55,442 bases of DNA from a virus (Duplodnaviria > Caudoviricetes). The position numbers and the translations under genes are program-made. Location of the stretch: the IMG/VR virus record IMGVR_UViG_3300031566_000041, positions 1-55,442 of that record. One strand, written 5' to 3'. The notes below the pieces were generated by a model. It was given only the letters and a program-made list of their open reading frames with translations. It was not told the DNA's origin and did no database searches. This document shows positions 1 through 7,807 of the stretch, piece by piece; the stretch's first letter is position 1; each line of letters opens with the position of its first letter.

Positions 1-124
1 GATCGGATTGGTCAGCCTTTTCGTCAGGCATCAGGAGTTGAACCGATAGAAGAAACCGCCGGATACGGTGAGTACGTCCGGTGGTGTGGGAGGACGGGGG
101 CCGTGAGGCCCCCTCCTACCCGAT
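1..124 (+). mobile_element. 3' end of class IIC group II intron (domains V and VI)
   Basis: Short DV ACCGCCGGATACGGTGAGTACGTCCGGTGGT (55-85) with CGC triad and CG bulge. DVI GGGAGGACGGGGGCCGTGAGGCCCCCTCCTACCC with bulged A (~118). Terminal ...CCCGAT at 124. Confidence 0.9.
2..49 (+). CDS. C-terminal fragment of group II intron-encoded reverse transcriptase/maturase (truncated by window edge)
   Basis: Frame 2 reads IGLVSLFVRHQELNR* with the stop at 47-49, immediately before intron domain V. A 'GLxSL' tail is typical of IIC intron-encoded protein C-termini. Confidence 0.7.
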   Translation: MGLVSLFVRHQELNR

Positions 125-428
125 TTTCTCTGCTTCTTTCGCCGCGTTACGGCGACTTTGACATTACGATCCCCTAACAACCTTTGGACTTGATCCCCCC
201 AGAAAACCCACATTTTAGGCCCCAAACAGCCCTTCTCGCCTCTCTTTCTCTGAAACCTGTGGACTATGCCCAACTCGTCCAGAGGTTTTGGGTTGTGAAA
301 AAACAGGCGCTTACAAGACGCAAAAATTCGAGGTTCCGACACCCGATCCGCAGTGAAATGCGGGTTGACATGTGTTCACACCAGAAATCGCGGAAGGTAA
401 AGGCGGCGCAGAGCGTGCAGGATGGAGA

Positions 429-845
429 CTATTTTTCCGGGAAGGCGAATCTCTTCCGCTGTTCTTCCCATAGCAGGGGAATGCCCCGGTGCAGCTTGGC
501 CAGAGATAGGCCCGATGGTTCGTTGCCTCTTACGATGTCCTCGATGATGTCGGGGGCCAGATAGGACAGACGCAGAGTGCGGGCGAGGTAGGACTGATCG
601 AGGCCCAAGCGTTGAGCCAACTCCGAGATTGAAAGGACCGTTCCGGAATCGAGCAGGTCCTTCCAAAGGTGGGCCTTGGCCAGAGCGGTAAGGAGCGATT
701 CCTGCGCGTCCAGACGCTGGGCCGCGCTGGATTTCAACCCTTCTGGCACGATGATCTCCTTGCGGCCGCCGCGCCGCTTGAACTTCATCGGCACGTTGAT
801 GACCAGGCTGTTACCTTCAACTTCCAGCGTGGGCTTCATGTCCAT
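429..845 (-). CDS. HTH-containing accessory protein of the serine recombinase module
   Basis: KRRGGRK motif, then ALAKAHLW..SISELAQRLGLDQSYLARTLRLSYLAPDI (HTH-like). This family is seen downstream of, or fused to, DUF2924-associated recombinases. Start moved to ATG 845 behind AAGGAGG. Confidence 0.75.
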   Translation of the reverse strand: MDMKPTLEVEGNSLVINVPMKFKRRGGRKEIIVPEGLKSSAAQRLDAQESLLTALAKAHLWKDLLDSGTVLSISELAQRLGLDQSYLARTLRLSYLAPDIIEDIVRGNEPSGLSLAKLHRGIPLLWEEQRKRFAFPEK

Positions 846-2277
846 GCTCCAATCCTCCTTCGTGAATTCCCTCATCGTTTTTCATTTCCGCGATCAAGGT
901 CTGGAGGCCGTTGGCTCTGAACTTGATGTTGAGGTCGTCCTGGTAAACGGTGACGCGCTCAATCAGGAGATGCACGAGGCGGGCTTGCTCGGCCGGGAAG
1001 AGTTCGTCCCAAACCTGGTCCAGGTTATCGAAGGCCTCGATTACTTCGCGCTCGGTCAATTTTTCGGATTGGAGGGTTTGCAGTTCCAGATCAGCTTTGC
1101 CGGTCCTCAATCTTTCCATCTCGTCTGCTTCGATTTTTTTGGCGGCCTGGTAAGTTCGTTCGATAAGTTCCGGCGATGTAAAGACCGCCCGCAGTTGTCG
1201 CTTCACCACTTCCTCGATATCGCCCGCGGCCACGGTGCGGACCGGGCAGGTGTCGTAGCCCTTCTTGGTAGCGCCCACGCACACATAGTAACGGTAGACT
1301 TTCTTGCTGGGCTTGCGAGTGAAGGACATGGTCATGGCGTGGTCGCAGTGGCCGCACCGGATGATCCCCTTGAGGAGCGCGGGCGTCTTGGCCTTGGTAT
1401 GAGCGCCCCTCGCTGCGCAGTTCTGCTCCAGGATGCTGTGGGCCTTGCGCCAGAGGTCTCGACTGATGATCGCTTCGTGTTCGCCGGGGTAGTGGTTACC
1501 CTGGTGGACCACTTCTCCGAGGTAGAGATGATTGTGAAGCGTGCGGTAGATGTGGGTCTTGTTCCAGGGGCAGCCTTCGTGCGGATGGCCGGTCATGGTC
1601 ACGTAGGACTTGGTGGTGTGCCCCTGTTTATTCAGTTCCTTGGCGAGCAGAGTGGGCGAGCCGGTTTTTAGGAATAGCTTGAAGATGTAGCGAACCAGTT
1701 CCGCCTCCTTCTCGTTGATCACCAGCTTCTTGCTGGTACGATCCACGTCGTAGCCAAGCACTGGCGGGCCGCCCATGTACTTACCCTTGCGCTTGGACGC
1801 GGCGACCTTATCGCGGATGCGCTCGCCGATGATTTCGCGCTCGAACTGGGCGAAGGAGAGGAGGATGTTGAGGGTGAGCCGGCCCATCGAGGAGGTGGTG
1901 TTGAATTGCTGGGTCACTGAAACAAAGGAAACGCCGTGGCGCTCAAAGGTCTCGATGATCTTGGTAAAGTCCAGAAGCGACCGGCTCAAGCGGTCCACCT
2001 TGTAAACGACCACGCAGTCAATTTTTCCACGTTCAATGTCCTCGAGTAACCTCGCCAGCCCGGGCCGCTCCATGCTGCCGCCGGAGAAGCCGCCGTCATC
2101 GTAATGATCGGGAAGAGCTTTCCATCCCTCGTGGACCTGACTGGCGATGAAGGCCTCGGCGGCCTCGCGCTGAGAGTCGAGGCTGTTGAATTCCTGATCG
2201 AGACCTTCCTCGGTGGACTTGCGGGTGTAGATGGCGCAACGAATGAGCTTGACGGGTTGAGAATTCGATTTGTTCAT
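817..2277 (-). CDS. Large serine recombinase (prophage integrase)
   Basis: CAIYTRKST catalytic Ser motif, VVVYKVDRLSRS, recombinase domain, zinc ribbon CGHC...YYVC...C. Confidence 0.95.
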   Translation of the reverse strand: MNKSNSQPVKLIRCAIYTRKSTEEGLDQEFNSLDSQREAAEAFIASQVHEGWKALPDHYDDGGFSGGSMERPGLARLLEDIERGKIDCVVVYKVDRLSRSLLDFTKIIETFERHGVSFVSVTQQFNTTSSMGRLTLNILLSFAQFEREIIGERIRDKVAASKRKGKYMGGPPVLGYDVDRTSKKLVINEKEAELVRYIFKLFLKTGSPTLLAKELNKQGHTTKSYVTMTGHPHEGCPWNKTHIYRTLHNHLYLGEVVHQGNHYPGEHEAIISRDLWRKAHSILEQNCAARGAHTKAKTPALLKGIIRCGHCDHAMTMSFTRKPSKKVYRYYVCVGATKKGYDTCPVRTVAAGDIEEVVKRQLRAVFTSPELIERTYQAAKKIEADEMERLRTGKADLELQTLQSEKLTEREVIEAFDNLDQVWDELFPAEQARLVHLLIERVTVYQDDLNIKFRANGLQTLIAEMKNDEGIHEGGLEHGHEAHAGS

Positions 2278-2747
2278 TGAGCATCATTCTCCTTTTTATT
2301 CTGGGAGGAGCGCAGACCGAAGAACGCGGGTCCGTTCCAGTGGGTGCCGGTGATGGCCTTGGTGATCGCGGTCAAGGACCGGTACTTGCGGCCCGCATAC
2401 TCGAAGCCGCCTGCGACCACGGTCACTTCGTAGCGGTTACCCTGCCACTCGCGGATGAGCCGCGTGCCGATGATAGGCATATCGCGGTTCGCCTGCGGCC
2501 GCTTCTGGCCAACGCCTCCCCATTCATCGAAGCCATCCTGCTCGATGACCTCGCGCATCCTCTCTTTGGCCGTTTCGGAAAGACCTCCATAGGCCAACTC
2601 CTGGATGCGGTGGGCGAGCCGCTTCACCATGAACTTCTTGTTGTAGGCGGGCGGCTCGGTCCCCACAAGGTTTCTCCACATCTCCTGAAGCTCCTTGAAG
2701 CTCAGGCGCGGCAGTTGCGCCACTTGTTTCAATACCGAGTTATTCAA
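2274..2747 (-). CDS. DUF2924 family protein
   Basis: LAHRIQELAYGGL..GTRLIREWQG..YRSLTAITKAITGTHWNGPAFFGL signature; 4-nt overlap with the recombinase gene. Confidence 0.9.
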   Translation of the reverse strand: MNNSVLKQVAQLPRLSFKELQEMWRNLVGTEPPAYNKKFMVKRLAHRIQELAYGGLSETAKERMREVIEQDGFDEWGGVGQKRPQANRDMPIIGTRLIREWQGNRYEVTVVAGGFEYAGRKYRSLTAITKAITGTHWNGPAFFGLRSSQNKKENDAQ

Positions 2748-2953
2748 AGCCTCTCTCCTTTCGGTTCGGGTTCGTGACCATGAACGCTCGCTTCTGGAGA
2801 ACTATCAAGGCCCGCCTCTCTTATTTTTCGCATGTGCGCCATCTTTCCTACATGCCGCATCCTGCGGCGCATGATGCCGGCCGCCAGAATCTCCGCCGCC
2901 TCGGAAAGCCGCTCTTGGGAGTCCATTTCATTAGGATCAAGGGGGTTGGTCAT
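2744..2953 (-). CDS. Small hypothetical protein, first gene of recombinase operon
   Basis: P..M...ERL.E.A.ILA.G..R pattern typical upstream of DUF2924; AAGGAG RBS; 4-nt overlap with the next gene. Confidence 0.7.
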   Translation of the reverse strand: MTNPLDPNEMDSQERLSEAAEILAAGIMRRRMRHVGKMAHMRKIREAGLDSSPEASVHGHEPEPKGERL

Positions 2954-3015
2954 TCCGTCTCCTTTTCAGCCTTTCGCCGCCGCCTTTGGCCGCGCTATCG
3001 TTAAGTTCGACAGGG

Positions 3016-3053
3016 GATATATACCAGCGGAAAGTCAAAAGTGTCGGAAAAAA
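3016..3053 (-). promoter_or_regulatory. Putative phage sigma-dependent promoter (copy 1)
   Basis: Minus strand TTTTTTCCGACA-cttttgactttccgct-GGTATATATC, facing the recombinase operon. Confidence 0.7.
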
Positions 3054-3218
3054 CTTTGGGCTGGAGCAGTTTTTTCGTAGGCAAGGACAGAGGTCGTATT
3101 TGTCTCGGCCACTATACTTTCTCCGCCCGATTTGATATATAGAGCCTAGAAACCACACGAGTCGCCTGTTCAAACAGGGGCCGGGACTTGATTAGAAAGG
3201 GATTGTTACGAGAATCCA

Positions 3219-4004
3219 ATGGGACACATCAGGCTAGGGAACCTTCCTCGCACTCGGAAATGGCAACAGGTCGTTGCCCTTATAGAGGGCGGAGCGGGAA
3301 CAACCCAGATTGCTAACGCAACCATTACGGCAGCGGAGCAAGGGTTGAACTTAGCGGCCGAAGACAAGGGCCTGGTCGAAACCATCTGGCTTCTTACGCA
3401 ATTGCCCTTGGCCGCAAAGAGCAACAACTTTGCCGATGCTCTTCGAAATGCAGGTCTAGATGTTTCCGATTCTCCAACCCTGCTGGAGGTAGTCGGCGCG
3501 TTCTCTGATGCAGTCGACCACCGGCTGGCCAACAATGGCGGACGGACGGATCTGGGTGAGATGGCCCAGATGGCTGCGTCCGAAACGATGACGCAGTTGA
3601 TCGGGAGCCGGACACAGAATCTTTTCGGCACAACCCCAGACGACGTCAAGAGCGCCTTCTCCACCCTTGCCACAAACAAGCAGTTCAGCATCTTTGCCAG
3701 GGATTTTTTCGCCCGCCTGACAGACAAGTGTCTTGATTATTTTGTCAGCAGAGCCGTTGCTCACAATGTGGGGGAGGGCCGACGTTTTCGGACACTGGCC
3801 CAGCAGGGTGAATTCACCAAGGCTCTCGGGACCCATAGTTATGAGGCCTCGAGAATCGTCGAGGAGTTTTCCGGGGGCTGGTTCTCAAAGACCAACTGGG
3901 AGAATAAAGGCATATCGAGAAAGGATGCCGCCGGTTTCGCGCACGTTGCCATGAAGAAGATCGTGGCGGAACTCAAGGAAGGAGCGCAAACCGATGACAA
4001 ATGA
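3219..4004 (+). CDS. Helical partner protein of QueC-like enzyme (QatB-like position; begins MGH-)
   Basis: 261-aa ORF overlapping the downstream QueC-like gene by 11 nt; Gly2. The functional call is by context only. Confidence 0.6.
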   Translation: MGHIRLGNLPRTRKWQQVVALIEGGAGTTQIANATITAAEQGLNLAAEDKGLVETIWLLTQLPLAAKSNNFADALRNAGLDVSDSPTLLEVVGAFSDAVDHRLANNGGRTDLGEMAQMAASETMTQLIGSRTQNLFGTTPDDVKSAFSTLATNKQFSIFARDFFARLTDKCLDYFVSRAVAHNVGEGRRFRTLAQQGEFTKALGTHSYEASRIVEEFSGGWFSKTNWENKGISRKDAAGFAHVAMKKIVAELKEGAQTDDK

Positions 4005-6084
4005 GCGCTCCATCCTCTGCGGTGATGTCACAACCGACTCATTACCATTTGACCGAAAGAAGCCGCTACGTCTACACCTGTGGGAACCCCACGAGAATAT
4101 ATCTCTGTGCATCAATGATATCCACAGCCAGCTTCTCAAGGACATCCCCTCCCAGTTCCACGATCTGGTCGAGATTGCGACATATGTTTATTGCGCAGAC
4201 CAAGCCATCACGAGAGGGGGCGATGGCGTGGATAACTTCGGTGAGAACTGGAGGCGTAGGTTATTTTTCAGAATACCAGTTCGAAATCCGGATTTATGGA
4301 ACTCCTCGCCGCTTAAGGATCAACTGATAGAGACTCTTAGCTTTCTGTCCGAGGATGAATACCATTTCGATTTTATGAAGCTCACGAAGCAACCCCCTAC
4401 TCAGAAACATCTCGAATTAGACGCTGCTCCGCCGGAAGAGGTTGTGTTGTTTTCTGGCGGACTGGATTCTTTAGGCGGAGCTATACAGGAAGCTGTCGTG
4501 AATCAACGTAAGATCGCGTTGGTCACCCACAAGTCGACACAAAAGCTGGCCAAGCGGCATCGAGTGCTGAAGGAACTCCTTGCGAAAAGCGCGTCACATG
4601 CCCCGTTCCATGTCGCGGTCATTATTAACAAGGACAAGTCTTTGGGGCAGGAATATACCCAGCGGAGTCGGTCGTTCCTGTATGCCGCACTTGGATCGAC
4701 GGTAGCCCAAATGTTCGGGCTTTCTCGAATCCGGTTCTACGAGAACGGTGTCGTCAGTTTCAACCTGCCTGTATCAGCGCAGGTCGTAGGCGCAAGAGCT
4801 ACGCGGACTACACATCCCCAGGTCATCAATGGTTTTGCCAAAATCATCTCGACTGTGGCCAGCAAGCCATTCACGATTGAGAACCCATTCCTCTGGAAGA
4901 CCAAGACAGAAGTCGTGAAGGGGATCGTCGATGCTGGTTGCGGGGAGACCATCAAATTCGCCACAAGTTGTACGCACACCTGGGAGATTACCAGACTCCA
5001 CACTCACTGTGGAACCTGCTCCCAGTGCATCGACCGCCGCTTTGCGGTATTGGCCGCCGGCGCTCAGGACCATGATCCGGCGGAAGCCTATGGCGTTGAT
5101 CTCCTGGTTGGCGAAAGGGCCGAGGGCGAATCGAAAACAATGCTGGCAGCCTACGTGGAAACGGCAAACGAGGTTGCGGACATGGCCCCCCTCAAATTCT
5201 TTGGACGGTATGGCGAAGCCGCACGAGTATTGAAACACCTCAATGGTTCAGCGGATTCAACCGCTCTTCAGCTTTTTGAAATGCACCAGCGCCATGCTAA
5301 ATATGTTACGAAGGTCGTTGAGGATGCGATTGCACAAAACAGCGCTGCGATTCGGAAGCGGGAACTGCCTGATAGTTGCCTCCTTCGGTTAGTGTGTGAC
5401 TCTAGTGGAATTGTCGCCGGGCAACCAGCCCCACCTTCATCAGCAATGGTCCCCTCGCCAAGTAATTACATCTGCCGAAAACAGCAATGCTGGGCAATCA
5501 GGTTTGGAGGAAATGAAGAAAAAATATATACACCAGAAATCGGCTTCTATCACTTGCAAATACTTCTTGAGAACCCAGGCACGTCATTTTCTGCATCGGA
5601 ACTCGATGTTGCAGTAAGACGGATGACAAAGAACGAACCTGTCGCCTCGGTATCCGCCACTGAAGATCAACCTGAAGATGGCTTCACGATTTTGGGACAG
5701 TCTGATTCCGGAGCAGTGCTCGATGACAAAGCCATCCAATCATATCGCACAAGGCTGGAAGAACTCGAGGGTGAGCTTAACGAGGCTCGATCCAACAATG
5801 ACCTCTCGAAGATTGAGTCGTTGGAAAACGACAAGGAATGGATCATTTCTGAACTCGGCAAAGCTCATGGGCTCGGAGGAAAGGTTCGGAAACTCGCGGA
5901 TGAACGGGACAAGGTTCGGAAACGTGTAAGCAATGCAATTACTCGTGCCCTAAAGAAAATAGATCAGTATGATAAGCCGCTCTCAGAACACCTAAAAGAA
6001 CCCGTCATAAACTTAGGCCATTCAATAAGTTATGTTCCTCGTGATGGTCTGACCTGGTCAACAACACCTACCTCAAATAACTGA
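3994..6084 (+). CDS. QueC/QatC-like PP-loop enzyme fused to a C-terminal putative DNA-binding regulator domain
   Basis: QatC-type N-terminal extension (DLVEIATYVYCADQ..WRR..LSFLSEDEY), LFSGGLDS PP-loop, QRSRSFLY, TRTTHP, Zn site SCTH..HCGTCSQCIDRR. After a Pro/Ser linker there is a ~200-aa domain (WAIRF..LLENPG..YRTRLEELE..GLGGKVR..RVSNAITRAL..HL) resembling the C-terminus of large ATPase-type transcriptional regulators. Confidence 0.8.
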   Translation: MTNERSILCGDVTTDSLPFDRKKPLRLHLWEPHENISLCINDIHSQLLKDIPSQFHDLVEIATYVYCADQAITRGGDGVDNFGENWRRRLFFRIPVRNPDLWNSSPLKDQLIETLSFLSEDEYHFDFMKLTKQPPTQKHLELDAAPPEEVVLFSGGLDSLGGAIQEAVVNQRKIALVTHKSTQKLAKRHRVLKELLAKSASHAPFHVAVIINKDKSLGQEYTQRSRSFLYAALGSTVAQMFGLSRIRFYENGVVSFNLPVSAQVVGARATRTTHPQVINGFAKIISTVASKPFTIENPFLWKTKTEVVKGIVDAGCGETIKFATSCTHTWEITRLHTHCGTCSQCIDRRFAVLAAGAQDHDPAEAYGVDLLVGERAEGESKTMLAAYVETANEVADMAPLKFFGRYGEAARVLKHLNGSADSTALQLFEMHQRHAKYVTKVVEDAIAQNSAAIRKRELPDSCLLRLVCDSSGIVAGQPAPPSSAMVPSPSNYICRKQQCWAIRFGGNEEKIYTPEIGFYHLQILLENPGTSFSASELDVAVRRMTKNEPVASVSATEDQPEDGFTILGQSDSGAVLDDKAIQSYRTRLEELEGELNEARSNNDLSKIESLENDKEWIISELGKAHGLGGKVRKLADERDKVRKRVSNAITRALKKIDQYDKPLSEHLKEPVINLGHSISYVPRDGLTWSTTPTSNN

Positions 6085-6093
6085 TCAACTAAA

Positions 6094-6133
6094 ATGCTAC
6101 ACGATTTGTAGCATCTGCCACGCCGGATGTAGC
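6094..6133. promoter_or_regulatory. Tandem palindromic operator pair GCYAC-N7-GTAGC
   Basis: ATGCTACA-cgatt-TGTAGCAT (6094-6114) and GCCAC-gccggat-GTAGC (6117-6133), 21-bp periodicity. Confidence 0.55.
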
Positions 6134-6201
6134 GCCTTCCCTCTAAAGGCTGGTCCGGCGACCAATCAATTTTAGCAACAACACCCTCTGGGTGCTGAAG
6201 C

Positions 6202-6251
6202 AACCCCCGAGAGAGCCTTTCGCCGGGCCAGTCTCTCGGGGGTTTTTCTTT
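6202..6251 (+). terminator. Intrinsic terminator/attenuator-like hairpin
   Basis: AACCCCCGAGAGA...TCTCTCGGGGGTT 13-bp stem followed by TTTCTTT. Confidence 0.6.
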
Positions 6252-6279
6252 GCCCAGGGGACCAGATCGGAGGTGTGAC

Positions 6280-6612
6280 ATGCCAAGTGTCGTGACAAAG
6301 GCGGCCCTGACTCCTGCCAGAAAGCGCCTGGTCGAACTGATGCAGGAGATCAATTTTGGAAGGATCGAAGGACTCGCGGTCCATGACGGCGAGCCGATGT
6401 TCGACCCGCTGCCCAAGGTAGTGAGGAAGATCAAAATCGGCGGAGAGAACGGACCGCTCCGCGATGAGGGCAAGCGGGACTTCGTTCTCAAGGACAAGGT
6501 GAGGGAGTTTTTTGAGCACCTGGCCGGCCTGGGCAACGGAACGATCAGTCGGATCGAGGTCCAGGCTGGCCTTCCCTTCTCATTGGAAATCGAGGAACCA
6601 GCCGACAGGTAG
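6280..6612 (+). CDS. Hypothetical early protein
   Basis: ATG 6280 behind GGAGGT; lies directly upstream of the sigma gene. Confidence 0.75.
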   Translation: MPSVVTKAALTPARKRLVELMQEINFGRIEGLAVHDGEPMFDPLPKVVRKIKIGGENGPLRDEGKRDFVLKDKVREFFEHLAGLGNGTISRIEVQAGLPFSLEIEEPADR

Positions 6613-6633
6613 TCCTTCGGCTCGGTAAGTAAT
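6602..6633 (+). promoter_or_regulatory. Putative phage sigma-dependent promoter upstream of the sigma gene (variant copy 2)
   Basis: CCGACA-N16-GGTAAGTAAT, same spacing as the other copies but lacking the T-tracts. Confidence 0.55.
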
Positions 6634-6652
6634 AACCACCAGACAACAGACT

Positions 6653-6771
6653 GGCCGCGGAGCGGAGGTCGTTGTGGGTGTCGCCAACCGGCGATCTCGC
6701 AACGCACCGCTCACCGGCCCCGGTAATGGCTGACGCCCACACGAACTCCTCCTCGGCCCCGAGGAGGAAAA
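6653..6771 (+). ncRNA. Structured 5' leader RNA of the sigma gene (candidate translational switch)
   Basis: Long stem 6653-6682/6732-6758 competes with a 9-bp hairpin 6747-6768 that occludes the GAGGAG RBS. Confidence 0.5.
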
Positions 6772-7356
6772 ATGGGCGACAGAAATCTCTATCCCGGAAT
6801 CGAGGAGTACGCGGTGAAATTGATCCAGGTCAAGGCCTGCCAGTTGATTGATCAGCCGGGGTTCTGCCGGGCGGACCGGAAGGACATCGAGCAGGACCTG
6901 ATGCTCGACTTGCTCACGCGCCTGCCCAAGTACGATCCCGACATCGCGGAGCGGACGACCTTCATCAGCCGGATCGTCAACTGCCGGGTCGCATCGCTCA
7001 TTGCCGCGCGCAAGGCCGGCAACCGCGATTGGCGCATGAACGCCTTTTCGCTGAACGCGAACGATCCGGCCTGCGAGGAGCCGACCGAGCGGCAGGAGCG
7101 AATCAGCGAAGGCGAATACCTGATGAGGGTCGGTCTGATCAACCGACCGCCCGAGGATCAGCGCGACCTGGTCATGGACATGGCGCGGGCGTTTGAACTC
7201 CTGCCGGAGAATTTCCGCGACCTGTGCGAGCGGCTCAAGACCCAAACCGTTTCCGAGATTGCCATCGAGCTAGGCATTCCCCGAAGCACGATTTATGAGG
7301 CGATCCAGAAGCTTAGAGAGATATTCGAGGCGGCGGGCCTGAAAAATTATCTCTGA
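6772..7356 (+). CDS. Phage-encoded ECF-like sigma-70 family factor
   Basis: Region-2-like DRKDIEQDLMLDLL..YDP..TFISRIV; region-4 HTH LPENFRDLC..TVSEIAIELGIPRSTIYEAIQKLR. Confidence 0.85.
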   Translation: MGDRNLYPGIEEYAVKLIQVKACQLIDQPGFCRADRKDIEQDLMLDLLTRLPKYDPDIAERTTFISRIVNCRVASLIAARKAGNRDWRMNAFSLNANDPACEEPTERQERISEGEYLMRVGLINRPPEDQRDLVMDMARAFELLPENFRDLCERLKTQTVSEIAIELGIPRSTIYEAIQKLREIFEAAGLKNYL

Positions 7357-7364
7357 AAGAAGAC

Positions 7365-7402
7365 TTTTTTCCGACACTTTTCGCTTTCCGCCGGTATATA
7401 TC
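7365..7402 (+). promoter_or_regulatory. Putative phage sigma-dependent promoter (copy 3)
   Basis: TTTTTTCCGACA-cttttcgctttccgcc-GGTATATATC upstream of the recombination/replication operon. Confidence 0.75.
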
Positions 7403-7489
7403 CCGCGAGGCGCCTCAAAAAAACCGCTCGCGGCATCGAACCCCGGAGCGAGAACGACCACGGCCTGGGGCCGTGAAAGGAGGCAGAAA

Positions 7490-7807
7490 TTGAATTCCCA
7501 GGTTTACCGTTACGAGTTTTTACCCGACGTCACGATTAAGGACGTTGAGGATTCCTTGATGTTGTCCGCGCTCGCGGTCGAGTGCATGCATGGCCGTTCG
7601 ATGATCCGGCTGGACGCGAAGTTCCGCCTGGACCTGAAAAAACGCTCGTGCGTGATCGACGCCGGGACCGAGGTCGGCCGCAACATCGCCAAGATCTTCA
7701 CGGGTTTTATCACCCGCCAGTTCGGGGAAGGTGCGTTCAAGGTGGAGAGGACATTTTCGCCGCAGGAAGCAGGGCGCGATCCGCAACCGATGGAGGTCGC
7801 GTCATGA
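7490..7807 (+). CDS. Hypothetical protein
   Basis: TTG start behind AAGGAGG; 4-nt overlap with the next gene. Confidence 0.75.
   Translation: MNSQVYRYEFLPDVTIKDVEDSLMLSALAVECMHGRSMIRLDAKFRLDLKKRSCVIDAGTEVGRNIAKIFTGFITRQFGEGAFKVERTFSPQEAGRDPQPMEVAS

Noticed and set aside
1-124. Diversity-generating retroelement or retron RT
   Set aside because: The RT tail is directly followed by group II intron DV/DVI, and no template/variable repeat pair was noticed in the window.
334-362. Eighth copy of the sigma promoter (TTCCGACAC)
   Set aside because: No GGTA element at 16-nt spacing.
3994-6084. Canonical queC for queuosine synthesis or Dpd-type 7-deazaguanine DNA modification
   Set aside because: No folE/queD/queE/dpdA recognisable in the window. 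The protein has QatC-type N-terminal and regulator-like C-terminal extensions absent from housekeeping QueC.
3219-6084. Complete QatABCD system
   Set aside because: No KAP ATPase or TatD gene is adjacent, and homology of the 261-aa ORF to QatB is positional only.
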